The notes beneath the pieces were generated by a model. The model did not search any database. It had not been told where the DNA came from and was given only the letters and a program-made list of their open reading frames with translations. The position numbers and the translations under genes were made by a program. From Bacteroidota bacterium (GTDB lineage Bacteria > Bacteroidota > Bacteroidia > UKL13-3), in assembly GCA_030680835.1 (NCBI GenBank), contig JAUXUD010000004.1:32400-96399 (forward strand): a stretch of DNA of 64,000 nt. The letters run 5' to 3'. Below are positions 8,039 to 17,905 of this stretch, one piece after another. Position 1 is the first letter of the stretch; each line of letters begins with the position of its first letter.

Positions 8039-10039
8039 TTATTCGCCTTTATATGCCACTTTTTGTCCTATAGAGGTTAATCCCAGCAAAGCGTCCTGTG
8101 TTTTGAAAATCTCCGGCAGATAAATCAATTCATCTGCGCAACCTTTTGCGTCTTCAATCAGTTTATCGGCAAAATGCAAAGCGATGGGTGCCTTAAACGA
8201 TAAAGTTTTACAAATGCGGTCTGCCTCTTCTTTTGAAATCATGGTGTCATGAACCTGATGGGTTAGCAATTCATTCAGGGTATGATCTTCAAAGAAATTT
8301 TTCACTGCAAGCCACTTATCACTCAGGATGGTTGCCGTTGGTGAAGGTAATGGTAAATTGCCGTACATGAAGCCGTACATTTCTTCCACGCTTATTACCT
8401 GATCAACCAGCCCTATTTCAAAAGCGTCTTTAGCACTCAACATTTTTCCTGTATGAATGAGGTATTTGCTCAAAGCTTTACCAATTCTTCGCGTGCTTCT
8501 TTGGGTTCCACCCAAACCCGGATAAATTCCAATACCGGTTTCAGGAAACGACATACTGGCACCCGGTAATGCAAGAATCAGATCTGCACATAATGCCAGT
8601 TCCAATCCTCCGCCCAGGGCAAGTCCATTCAATACCGCGATTACCTTTTTACTTGAATGGTCGATCAGTTCAAAAACCTCCTGTCCGAAACGGGTAAAAC
8701 GTTCTATATTTTCTATTGACCGGGCTTTCATGTTTTTTACAAAAAATTTTATATCAGCTCCGGCAACGAATGCTTTTCCTGAACCGCATAAAAAGATTTG
8801 TTCAATTTCCATGTCCATATTTGCCTTGCCGAATTTGTCGAGCAACTGATTCATCACATCTTCATTCAGGGCATTCAGGTCTTCGGGGCGTGACATGGTA
8901 ATGATGGCGTTTCTGCCCGATTTTTCATAAGTAACAAATTCCTGTTTCCAGAACGCCTTACCGATGGACAGAGGAATCAATGTATTGTACTTATGGGCTG
9001 TTTTTTCAATCAGTCTTCTGGTTTCCGGCTCTCCGTATTTGTTCATTAACTCAATCGGACCCGCTTTCCATTTCAAACCAATTCTTGCACCCCTGTTTAT
9101 ATCGGTGGCTGAACAAATTTTTTCGTCAAGTAACTGAGAACAAACTAAAAATTCAATCCCCAGCATTTGATCTGCAATTTCGTTTCTGATTTTTTCATCT
9201 GTTAAAATTTCACCTTCCAGATTCCAGGCTTGATTTATTTCTGTTTGGTCAATCAATTTTTCAGATGTTTTATACAGTTCGCCATAAACCTCAAGCGTTT
9301 TTTGAGAATGGCAGGCAATAGGAACACCGGTGGCATTCATCAGGGCGAAGGGACCCATACCGATTCCAAATTTTTCCATACATACCGCATCGATGGTTGG
9401 TATGTTTCCGATGTTTTCTTCCAGCAAACGGCAGGCTTCATTGAGCCAGGGAACAAAAAACCGGTTCACCACAAAGCCGTATGAATCCTTACAGTAAATG
9501 GCATCCTTCCCGGCTAAGAATGCAAATCTTTTTGCGGCATCAAATACCTGCGGCGAGGTTTTTAAATTGGGAATAATCTCAAGCAGGCGATTTTTAGCAG
9601 CATGATAGAAAAAATGCAGGCCAATAAAACGCTCTCGGTTTGTTACATATTCACTTAACTCATTCACCGAAAAAGATGACGTATTGGTAGCGATAATGCA
9701 GGTATCCGATACAACTTTCGACAGGTGTTTAAACAAGTGTATTTTCGCGTCAAAATCTTCAAAGATTGCCTCTATTACAAGATCGCAAATACTTAAATCT
9801 TCTATGTTAGCAGTGCCTGTAATATTTTTCAACGTATGGTTAACCTGGTCTTGTGTAAATACTTTTTTATCAAATCCTTCCTGTAAAGAATTTTTAATAT
9901 TGTTGATTCCTTTTTCTACAAAATCGATGGCACGATCGGCCAGGATTACTGTGAATCCTTCCTGTGCAAACTTTTGAGCCAGGGCTGAACCCATGGTTCC
10001 CGCTCCAATAATTCCAATAATTTTTATTGATCTGTTCAT
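8039..10039 (-). CDS. Bifunctional 3-hydroxyacyl-CoA dehydrogenase / enoyl-CoA hydratase (dehydrogenase N-terminal)
   Basis: GAGTMG, ATNTSS, GLHFF and GFVVNR motifs, then crotonase motifs AFVAGADI, GGGLELA and PETGIGIYPGLGGTQR. Confidence 0.9.
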   Translation of the reverse strand: MNRSIKIIGIIGAGTMGSALAQKFAQEGFTVILADRAIDFVEKGINNIKNSLQEGFDKKVFTQDQVNHTLKNITGTANIEDLSICDLVIEAIFEDFDAKIHLFKHLSKVVSDTCIIATNTSSFSVNELSEYVTNRERFIGLHFFYHAAKNRLLEIIPNLKTSPQVFDAAKRFAFLAGKDAIYCKDSYGFVVNRFFVPWLNEACRLLEENIGNIPTIDAVCMEKFGIGMGPFALMNATGVPIACHSQKTLEVYGELYKTSEKLIDQTEINQAWNLEGEILTDEKIRNEIADQMLGIEFLVCSQLLDEKICSATDINRGARIGLKWKAGPIELMNKYGEPETRRLIEKTAHKYNTLIPLSIGKAFWKQEFVTYEKSGRNAIITMSRPEDLNALNEDVMNQLLDKFGKANMDMEIEQIFLCGSGKAFVAGADIKFFVKNMKARSIENIERFTRFGQEVFELIDHSSKKVIAVLNGLALGGGLELALCADLILALPGASMSFPETGIGIYPGLGGTQRSTRRIGKALSKYLIHTGKMLSAKDAFEIGLVDQVISVEEMYGFMYGNLPLPSPTATILSDKWLAVKNFFEDHTLNELLTHQVHDTMISKEEADRICKTLSFKAPIALHFADKLIEDAKGCADELIYLPEIFKTQDALLGLTSIGQKVAYKGE

Positions 10040-10045
10040 TTTTGA

Positions 10046-10819
10046 TTAATTATTAGTCCACTGTGGTTTTCTTTTTTCCAGAAAGGATTGAATCCCTTCA
10101 TTTGCATCATGGGTTCCCATTAAATTGTTTACATAGAGTTGCTCCAGCTGCGGTAAAAAATTACTGAGGATATGATTGAATTTAATTCTAACGGCTTTAG
10201 TAGCGTACCTCAGTGAAGAAGCACTTTTCGGCAAAATGTTTTGTATGATCCATTCATTTACCCCTTGCTCCAATGCAGTTTTATCTTCATACAAATAATT
10301 GAGCAATCCTATGTTTTTAGCTTCTTCCGCACCGATTGTTTTTCCGGTTATAATTAATTCTTCGGCCCGGGCCAAACCAATTTTTTCGGGAAGCAGGATG
10401 GAAGCAGGCGGTGGAAAAACGCCCAGAATAATTTCGGGCTGACCTAATTTTGCTGTTTGATCGGCAAACATAAAGTCGCACATTAATGCGAGCTCCAGTC
10501 CACCACCCAGGCATTGGCCTGAAATTTTAGCCAGGGTGGGAATGGACAAATCGCGAAGGGTATAAAACAACTGATGAAAGGATCGAAGCATGGCAGCGGC
10601 CAGATCTTTCTGGTGCTCCTCTACGCTGGCTCCAAATGAAAAGTGTTTCCCTGCACCCTCAAAAATAATCAGTTTAAGATTGTTTGCTCCGCTAAAGGAA
10701 TACAATACTTTCTGCATTTCTTCCATCATCAAATGGTCGAGCACATTTCCCTTGCCATCATTTAGTAGAATGTGTGCAACCGATTGTTCGAATAAATAAG
10801 ATACTTGTATTTTTTCCAT
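10046..10819 (-). CDS. dch: Cyclohexa-1,5-diene-1-carbonyl-CoA hydratase
   Basis: Crotonase fold with GKHFSFGASVEEH, GQCLGGGLE and LGQPEI.LGVF, typical of Dch; adjacent to oah and had. Confidence 0.88.
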   Translation of the reverse strand: MEKIQVSYLFEQSVAHILLNDGKGNVLDHLMMEEMQKVLYSFSGANNLKLIIFEGAGKHFSFGASVEEHQKDLAAAMLRSFHQLFYTLRDLSIPTLAKISGQCLGGGLELALMCDFMFADQTAKLGQPEIILGVFPPPASILLPEKIGLARAEELIITGKTIGAEEAKNIGLLNYLYEDKTALEQGVNEWIIQNILPKSASSLRYATKAVRIKFNHILSNFLPQLEQLYVNNLMGTHDANEGIQSFLEKRKPQWTNN

Positions 10820-10821
10820 AA

Positions 10822-11922
10822 TTAAACTTTAGCAGTCTGGTATTGCGGTGAAATTTTATGGTGTAATTCTTCATTCCATTCATGACCTTCGGCCAGCAAC
10901 TGACGTAATAAAATAAAATCAACTTCACGGTTTTCTTTCGGACCTTCATTAAAAGCTTTGAACCCGGCTTTGGCTTCACTCATCATATTCAATGCCAGCC
11001 ATTCGCGGCTGCCTTCTTTATTTTTATCCCAGTGTTCCAGTTTAAATTTACGTACCTCACTAATGGTTTTACTCATGCAATTCGGAAAGGTATGCAGGAT
11101 TTTTGCAATCAAGTTATTTACCGATTTATCAAGCATGCTTAAATCGGTTTCAGCATGTGCAATCATTTCTTTTGCTTTTACAAGTGCCTCTCCGGTTTTC
11201 ATCGTTCCAAATGCAAATCTTCCAAATTCATCGGTTATTTTTTCGGTTTGAACCAAAGGATTTGCAATAAATTTTCCATCTACTTTCAGCACGGGAGCGA
11301 TATCTGTAATTACTCCAAAATAATAAGCCTGATGAGCTGTCCAGGGTTCACATAAGGTTAACGACATCATGGCCCGTTCTACACCAACATAGAGTGGAAG
11401 AAAGTCAGTAGCACCACCAATTGCCGCACTGCCATGCTTCGGACCTGCTTGTCCGAACCGTGCCATGTCACTGGCAATGCTAAAATCGCATGCCATTCCG
11501 ATTTCCTGGCCACCGCCGATTCTCATTCCGTTTACCCTGCAGATAACAGGTTTTTCACACATCAGAATGTTAGAAACCATATCGTTAAACAATCTCATGT
11601 ATTGCGAATATTCCTGAGGATTGCCAGAATAATATTCGGCGTATTCCTTGGTATTCCCACCGGTGCAAAAGGCTTTGTCGCCAACGGCTGTGAGCACTAC
11701 AGCCACAATGCTTCTGTCGTTTGATGCTTCCCTGAAAGCCAGGATGATTTCCTTAATGGCTGCTGTGGTATATGAATTAAATTGTTTGGGATTATTCAAG
11801 ATAATCCATGCATTGAATAATTTATCAACGGGCGTTCCATCCTTATCCAGGCATGGGCGTTTTTCGAAAAGAATCTCTTTGAAATCGATGTCAACAAGAT
11901 TGTGATTTTTTAATTCAGTCAT
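10822..11922 (-). CDS. oah: 6-oxocyclohex-1-ene-1-carbonyl-CoA hydrolase (ring opening; BamA/Oah)
   Basis: Signature NPKQFNSYTT, AFCTGGNTKEYAEYY, RVNGMRIGGGQEIGMACD and GQAGPKHGS. Confidence 0.95.
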   Translation of the reverse strand: MTELKNHNLVDIDFKEILFEKRPCLDKDGTPVDKLFNAWIILNNPKQFNSYTTAAIKEIILAFREASNDRSIVAVVLTAVGDKAFCTGGNTKEYAEYYSGNPQEYSQYMRLFNDMVSNILMCEKPVICRVNGMRIGGGQEIGMACDFSIASDMARFGQAGPKHGSAAIGGATDFLPLYVGVERAMMSLTLCEPWTAHQAYYFGVITDIAPVLKVDGKFIANPLVQTEKITDEFGRFAFGTMKTGEALVKAKEMIAHAETDLSMLDKSVNNLIAKILHTFPNCMSKTISEVRKFKLEHWDKNKEGSREWLALNMMSEAKAGFKAFNEGPKENREVDFILLRQLLAEGHEWNEELHHKISPQYQTAKV

Positions 11923-11930
11923 ATGTATAA

Positions 11931-12995
11931 TTATTTAAAGTCGGGTGTTAAAACAGAACGTTTGGTATATTTATGTTCGAGTGTATTATTAAAAACTTCA
12001 TTGATTTGAGACATGGGAAAAGTTTCAACAAACTGACCAATTTTCAGTTTATCATCCGCAACGAGTGCAACCACTTCCGGATATAATTCGGGTTTGCATC
12101 CCCAGGTTCCGATGAGCTTGGCATCAAAAGCCATCAGGTTGCTTAAACGCACTTCAACTTTATCCATAGTAAAACCAACGATAGACAGGGTAGAGGCAAA
12201 AGTTACCAGATTAAATGCGAGCTCCTGACCCGGTTTTGATCCGGATATTTCAAATATTTTCCATCCATATTTTGGGGCTTTCAGTTCTTTTGCAATTTCT
12301 TTTACTTTCTCTTTGATGGTTTTTAAATCAAGACCTTTGGTATTTAATGTCGCATCTACGCCATTCAGTTTGGCAATGGCTAATTTCTCATCACTGATAT
12401 CCAGTGCCAAAACTTTTGCACCAAATATTTTGGCAATTTGTGCCCCGTAAATACCCACGCCGCCTACACCAATTACAATTGCAAAATCTCCTGCCACCAG
12501 TTCCGATTTTTTAACAACCTGGTATGGAGTTGAAATCGCATCAGCGATAACAGAGAGTTGTTCCAATGAATATTTTTCTAAAACTTTATCGGGTACCTCA
12601 CATAAATATTTGGAAGGTACTTTTATATGAGAAGCAAATCCTCCGTCAAAATCATTACCAGGCATCAGTTGATTTCTGCATATATTGCTCCGGTCGCTTT
12701 TGCATAAATCACATTCACCACAAGGCAATACCGCGGGTATAATTACATTTTTTCCGATCCATTTTTCATCCCCATCAACCACGGTTCCGCTTATTTCATG
12801 CCCGAGTGTTAAAGGCAATGCATGTTTGGTTTGAACCCCATGATGCCAGAAACTAATGTCGGTATGACAAACTCCGCAGCCGGCAATTTTTACCAGGGTT
12901 TCACCCTCTTTCAATTCCGGCATATCACTTTCTGATAAAACAAATGGCTTATTTAATTCAGTCATTTGCCATTGGTACATTTTATTTTCTTCCAT
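11931..12995 (-). CDS. had: 6-hydroxycyclohex-1-ene-1-carbonyl-CoA dehydrogenase (Zn-ADH family)
   Basis: GCGVCHTD, LGHEISG, PAVLPCGECDLC, MPGND..GGFASH and RLSNLMAFDA..GTWGC motifs. Confidence 0.92.
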   Translation of the reverse strand: MEENKMYQWQMTELNKPFVLSESDMPELKEGETLVKIAGCGVCHTDISFWHHGVQTKHALPLTLGHEISGTVVDGDEKWIGKNVIIPAVLPCGECDLCKSDRSNICRNQLMPGNDFDGGFASHIKVPSKYLCEVPDKVLEKYSLEQLSVIADAISTPYQVVKKSELVAGDFAIVIGVGGVGIYGAQIAKIFGAKVLALDISDEKLAIAKLNGVDATLNTKGLDLKTIKEKVKEIAKELKAPKYGWKIFEISGSKPGQELAFNLVTFASTLSIVGFTMDKVEVRLSNLMAFDAKLIGTWGCKPELYPEVVALVADDKLKIGQFVETFPMSQINEVFNNTLEHKYTKRSVLTPDFK

Positions 12996-14261
12996 TTATT
13001 TCATATTTATATTTTCAAATAATATTGCAGTTCCTTGTCCGCCCCCAATGCAGGCAGATGCAATTCCGTATTTAACATTTCTCAGATTCATTTCGCGGAT
13101 CATGGTTAATGAAAGTCTTAAACCGGAAGCTGCCAGCGGATGTCCGATTGCAATGGCTCCTCCATTTACATTTAGTTTTTCTCTATCAAGACCCAGTTCA
13201 ATTTCACAACCGATCAGTTGTGCTGAGAAGGCTTCGTTAATTTCAAACAAGCCGATATCTTCAATGTTTAATCCTGTAAATTCAAGCAGTAATTTAATTG
13301 CAGGCACCGGAGCCAGTCCCATTAATTTAGGGTCAATGCCACAGGTAGCTGCTGCAACAATTTTTGCAATGGGTTTTAAACCTTTTGCCTGAACCGTACT
13401 TAAATCGGCCACCACTGCAGCCCCGGAACCATCAACAATACCACTGCAATTGCCCGCAGTTAAAACACCTACTTCCGAAAATACGGTTTGTAATTTAGCC
13501 AGTGATTCAAGGCTGGTATCGCGTATTTGTTCATCAACCCTAAAATCTTTAACAGCTCCCGGCAAGCGAACTTTTCTTGATTTCAATCCTTCTCTTTCGA
13601 AAACTGTAGAATTAATAGGTGTAATTTCATCTTTAAAAATTTCATTTTTTTGCGCATTGAATGCTCTTTGAAATGAAAGATAAGCGAATGCATCACATTG
13701 CTCGCGTGTAATCTGATGTTTTTTGGCAACGTTTTCAGCAGTGAATCCCATGGGATAACCTGCTGCGGTATCATCCAATGCCTCCCATAACATATCTTTA
13801 AACACAGGTCTTCCCAAAGGGTATCCCATGCGGTTTCCAAAACTTACCGTAGGTGCCAGCGACATGTTTTCGGTACCACAACATAAAACCAGTGCGGCTT
13901 TTTTTAAGGTAATTTGTTCTGCTGCCGTAATCAGGGTTTCAAAACCGGAGGCACAAATACGCTGAACCATTAATGAGGGAACTGTAATGGGCAGGCCGGC
14001 ATACAGTGCGATATGTCTCGGTAGAAAATAGGCGTCGCCGGAGGCCTGACCAATATTGGCTATAATGGCCTGATCAATATCATCCGGTTCAACACCCGAT
14101 TTAAGCAATGCAGCTTTTGAAGCGAATATCCCCAGATCAGTCGGTGATACATTAGCAAGGGTTCCGCAAAATTTTCCAAAAGGAGTGCGGATGCCATTCA
14201 CTAAAAAAATATCATCAAATGAGATGGCGATACCTTTTTCTTTATTGTGATAAGATTTCAT
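12996..14261 (-). CDS. Acetyl-CoA C-acyltransferase (thiolase)
   Basis: RICASG, EINEAF, GHPLAASG and CIGGGQG catalytic motifs. Confidence 0.93.
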   Translation of the reverse strand: MKSYHNKEKGIAISFDDIFLVNGIRTPFGKFCGTLANVSPTDLGIFASKAALLKSGVEPDDIDQAIIANIGQASGDAYFLPRHIALYAGLPITVPSLMVQRICASGFETLITAAEQITLKKAALVLCCGTENMSLAPTVSFGNRMGYPLGRPVFKDMLWEALDDTAAGYPMGFTAENVAKKHQITREQCDAFAYLSFQRAFNAQKNEIFKDEITPINSTVFEREGLKSRKVRLPGAVKDFRVDEQIRDTSLESLAKLQTVFSEVGVLTAGNCSGIVDGSGAAVVADLSTVQAKGLKPIAKIVAAATCGIDPKLMGLAPVPAIKLLLEFTGLNIEDIGLFEINEAFSAQLIGCEIELGLDREKLNVNGGAIAIGHPLAASGLRLSLTMIREMNLRNVKYGIASACIGGGQGTAILFENINMK

Positions 14262-14263
14262 AA

Positions 14264-16111
14264 TTAATTGGATATAGATTCTGAAGTAACTAATTCTTTA
14301 ATGTTGTTTACAAGCCAGTTTTCTTTAGCCAATGTGGCGGCACCATAAGCAACCACAAACTGGGGATTGTCAACGGGATTGATTTCTTTATTAAATTTCT
14401 CACTTAAAATATTACTGATGTATGGATGATGCGCAACCACGCCCCCTATCAGGTAGGTGGGGATATTCGGAAACAGTTTCATTTTAGCAACTTTATTGGC
14501 AATGGAAATATAAATGCCTCTTGCGATATCCTGTTTCAGCATCCCATCAAATACCCATGTCATAATTTCTGTTTTTGCAAACACCGTACAAAAACTATTG
14601 AGCTCTTTATTGTATGAAGAGTGTGCAGCGAGACTGCTCATTTCTTCGATATTGATTTCGGCACGTTCCGAAATTTCCTCAAGGAAAGAGCCCGTTCCGG
14701 CGGCACATTTATCATTCATATAGAAATTGGCAACAAGGTTTTCATTGTTGGTATGAATGATCTTGATGTCCTCACCCCCGATATCAATAATGTTTTTTTC
14801 ACCGGGATAAAACGCTGCCACACCTGAGGCTGCGCAGTTTATTTCTGTTTTAATAATATCGGTTTCGTTAAAATGTTTTCTACCGTAACCGGTTGCACAA
14901 CTGTGTTTAATTAAAAATGCAGCATAGATTGACTTAAGCACATTTTTCATGGCATGCCTGTCTTTATTCATGGTAGGCAGTATATACCTGAACACCGGAG
15001 TGCCGTTCCCGTCAATAACAACAAATTTTGTAAATGCTGATCCCAGATCGATACCGAGGAACCCATTATGCTCTTTATAATAAATGGATGAACGGTTTTT
15101 TTCAAGCAAACCTTTATTGATAATTTTTTTATTCAGTTCATCTTCTACCCCCGGAAACCGGTTCAGTACATTTTTATTGGTCATGGCTTTCACCATATTT
15201 GTAAATGCCAGGTTAAGCGAAGTTTTTACGTAATGTTTTTTCCCGTATTCAACTATTTTCCCATTAAAATAATCTATTTCGGTTGGTCTGTTATTGATCA
15301 GGTCAACAGATAATGAAGGGAAGTGGTCACCTCCTTTTTTCAGGTATTGCATGCATTTTCTTACAAAATCATCCGAAAAGCGAATTTTCTCTTTTTCGGC
15401 AACATCAATGCCTTCGTTAATGATTTGTTCAATCAGTTCTACGGTGTCATCATCAGCCATTGCTTCAGCCATGGTTAGCCTGCCAACTCCGCATAGAGCA
15501 CTCAGTGAGGCATTCAAAATGGTTTTTTCCCAGATCCCTTTAACCAGTTCAAACGAATCCAGTTTATTTGTTTTGAAACCAATGCTGTTTAAGGTATCGG
15601 CCAATAGTTGCGCTTCTTTGGTTCTGTTGTCATCAATTGAACCTACATAATTTGGCGGAGTTACGAAAGATACGCGCACAATATTCGGGGCGCGCATGTT
15701 ACCTGCAAAATTAATAATCATGCGCAATGTTTTTGATTCACCAAACGTTGCGCTGATTAAACTTTCAACATCTATTCCGTTTTGTGCAGAAACCAAAGTA
15801 AGCTTATCTGTATTAATTTGTTCCGCTTCTTTAACAGCTCCAATTGTCTGATAGGATTTTAAAGAGAAGATGAGATAATCAAGATCCTGTGCTCTCATAT
15901 CAACAATCGAATCATATACATTGTCGAAACGGGTGGTTGATACCAAGGCGTTCTCAAGAATAATTCCGTCTTCTCTTACTTTTTTGAGTTTAAAATCATC
16001 TTTGTCGCAGATTGAAACATCGCAACCGGCCTCTTTAAATTTAACAGCGAGAATCATCCCCACAGGACCTAAACCTACAATTCCAACCTTAATTTTTTTT
16101 GTTTTTTCCAT
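14264..16111 (-). CDS. Fusion: PanE/ApbA-family 2-oxoacid reductase (N-terminal) + HgdC/BcrAD-family ATP-dependent dehydratase activator (C-terminal)
   Basis: N-half has GLGPVG, SLKSY, QNG, IWEKTILN and PTEIDYFNG. C-half has GIDLGS, TGYGR, DIGGED, MNDKCAAGTG and CTVFAKTE. Confidence 0.85.
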   Translation of the reverse strand: MEKTKKIKVGIVGLGPVGMILAVKFKEAGCDVSICDKDDFKLKKVREDGIILENALVSTTRFDNVYDSIVDMRAQDLDYLIFSLKSYQTIGAVKEAEQINTDKLTLVSAQNGIDVESLISATFGESKTLRMIINFAGNMRAPNIVRVSFVTPPNYVGSIDDNRTKEAQLLADTLNSIGFKTNKLDSFELVKGIWEKTILNASLSALCGVGRLTMAEAMADDDTVELIEQIINEGIDVAEKEKIRFSDDFVRKCMQYLKKGGDHFPSLSVDLINNRPTEIDYFNGKIVEYGKKHYVKTSLNLAFTNMVKAMTNKNVLNRFPGVEDELNKKIINKGLLEKNRSSIYYKEHNGFLGIDLGSAFTKFVVIDGNGTPVFRYILPTMNKDRHAMKNVLKSIYAAFLIKHSCATGYGRKHFNETDIIKTEINCAASGVAAFYPGEKNIIDIGGEDIKIIHTNNENLVANFYMNDKCAAGTGSFLEEISERAEINIEEMSSLAAHSSYNKELNSFCTVFAKTEIMTWVFDGMLKQDIARGIYISIANKVAKMKLFPNIPTYLIGGVVAHHPYISNILSEKFNKEINPVDNPQFVVAYGAATLAKENWLVNNIKELVTSESISN

Positions 16112-16160
16112 CAGTTTAATTTTTTGTGTTGAATATCCGATATCCTATTGCTTAAGTATT

Positions 16161-16625
16161 CTACAATGCCTGGATATAATAAATTTCCTCCTCTTTTGAT
16201 TCAAAACCGGTATTGATATTCTGAATGGCCTCCCTGATTATTTTACTCATATTTTCAGAAGAAGGATTTGTATCAATGGAGCTCAGATCGGTATTAATGA
16301 TAATGGAGGCGTTAATTTTTTCTGATGCCGGGTCCAGCTTTGTGTTTACAATTTTTAAGCATCCGGTGAGGCATCTTCCCAGTTCATCCAGGTTACGCGG
16401 ACAAAAACAACCTTCATCCGGAGATAATTTATATTCAGGATTATCCAATAATTTTTTATCCGGAAAAATCAGCGCAATATGATTTTCCCTGCCAGCATCA
16501 CTTAAGGAAACAAACTTTACATAGTGACAGGTATTCTTAATTAATTTTTCAATTTCCAGGGAACTAACTTTTTCTCCGGTTGAAAGTTTAAATACCTGGC
16601 TAAACTGTAAATGATGCATGTTCAT
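16161..16625 (-). CDS. Hypothetical protein resembling the C-terminal part of an AMP-forming acyl-CoA synthetase (possible remnant)
   Basis: FKLSTGEKVSSLEIEKLI..IALIFPD resembles the post-hinge segment of long-chain/feruloyl-CoA ligases; no AMP-binding N-terminal domain upstream. Confidence 0.5.
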   Translation of the reverse strand: MNMHHLQFSQVFKLSTGEKVSSLEIEKLIKNTCHYVKFVSLSDAGRENHIALIFPDKKLLDNPEYKLSPDEGCFCPRNLDELGRCLTGCLKIVNTKLDPASEKINASIIINTDLSSIDTNPSSENMSKIIREAIQNINTGFESKEEEIYYIQAL

Positions 16626-16653
16626 AATTACCTGATTTTAGAGGTGAGAAATA

Positions 16654-17874
16654 CTAATGACTATAAACTCCTGAGCTTTCTATTTGCTCGATAAATGTCT
16701 CAATTTTGGTGATACTTTGTCCTTCCGAATAAAAACGCAAATCACATAAATCGCCTTCAATCACCATGGTTGGAATACCCAGGGTTTCCTGGATACGCTG
16801 CGGCATGCCAAACCTCGAATTTGAATTATTTGCACAGGTTTTTGCATCATGAAAAATCATGCCATCGATGCGAAAATCATGCACCAGTTGTGTGAGTATG
16901 GATTGTTTGGCTTCTTCACTTCTGTTAATAAATATTTCGGTATATGCCTGAGCCGATGATTCAAAAGGATTTCTTTCATCGAAAGCATCAAACACCCAGC
17001 TATTACAGTAGGTTGAAGCCACAACAGCTGAGTTGTTATTGATAAATAAATCCGACAATGATCTTAATTTCCCCCAGATGGGCATACCATCCCAGTATAT
17101 TCTTGATTTTTCTTTTTCTAAAAATCCGATTCCTTTTTCTACATTTTCAGTTAATTCTTTTAGTAATGTGATGTAATAGTCTTTGGCAATTTGGGTGCCT
17201 CTTAAAACCACAATCGGACCCATATGTATGGTTGCATCGAAAAAGCTTATTGGAGCCGGACTTTTCGTTGCGGTCCACAAAACCTGTTTCCATAAATCGG
17301 TTGCTTCCTTGCTTAATTTAAGTACTTCCCTGAAACGGTCAATGTCAAATTTTAAGCCGCTCACTTTCTCGCATAATGGAATCAGTGCTTTAAATTGTGC
17401 GGATACATCTTCAATTTCTTCTTTGGTTACTTCGGTAACATGCCGTGGCGGGTTAATTCCAAAAACAGGGCAATTTAATTCTCTTGCAAAATAGCTGAAC
17501 CAATCCTGTACTTCACGGCATTGGTTAGTATTGTAAACAATAATATCGGGTTTAGGCGGACCATTTAATCCATAATGTTCTTTTAAGGGAGTTTGACCGG
17601 TCAGGTATGAGCCGATATCAGCAGTTAAATACGAACAGATATCATTCGAATAACCCAGAATTGCAGATTCAGGAATCAAGTCGTTGGCAGTTCGGGTAGC
17701 TCCCAGTAAAGCTCCATGATTTTCGGGGAAATGTACTTCAAACCCAAATGAACGCAAGAGTTCAGCCGGACCCACACTGGTGCACCAGGCTATTTTTTTT
17801 GAAGGTTCTTTCATACCCAGGAAATAATTTCCCATTATTTCCTTCATTAATTTACTTGTTTGAATTTTATACAT
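16654..17874 (-). CDS. 2-hydroxyacyl-CoA dehydratase subunit (HgdA/B, FldB/C family)
   Basis: PAELL..PENH, GYSNDICSY, NQC..QDWF, DGMIFH..TC and IEGD..D.R..TKIETFIE motifs. Confidence 0.85.
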   Translation of the reverse strand: MYKIQTSKLMKEIMGNYFLGMKEPSKKIAWCTSVGPAELLRSFGFEVHFPENHGALLGATRTANDLIPESAILGYSNDICSYLTADIGSYLTGQTPLKEHYGLNGPPKPDIIVYNTNQCREVQDWFSYFARELNCPVFGINPPRHVTEVTKEEIEDVSAQFKALIPLCEKVSGLKFDIDRFREVLKLSKEATDLWKQVLWTATKSPAPISFFDATIHMGPIVVLRGTQIAKDYYITLLKELTENVEKGIGFLEKEKSRIYWDGMPIWGKLRSLSDLFINNNSAVVASTYCNSWVFDAFDERNPFESSAQAYTEIFINRSEEAKQSILTQLVHDFRIDGMIFHDAKTCANNSNSRFGMPQRIQETLGIPTMVIEGDLCDLRFYSEGQSITKIETFIEQIESSGVYSH

Positions 17875-17905
17875 ATTCCGTCATTTATAATTTTTATAAA
17901 ATCAA

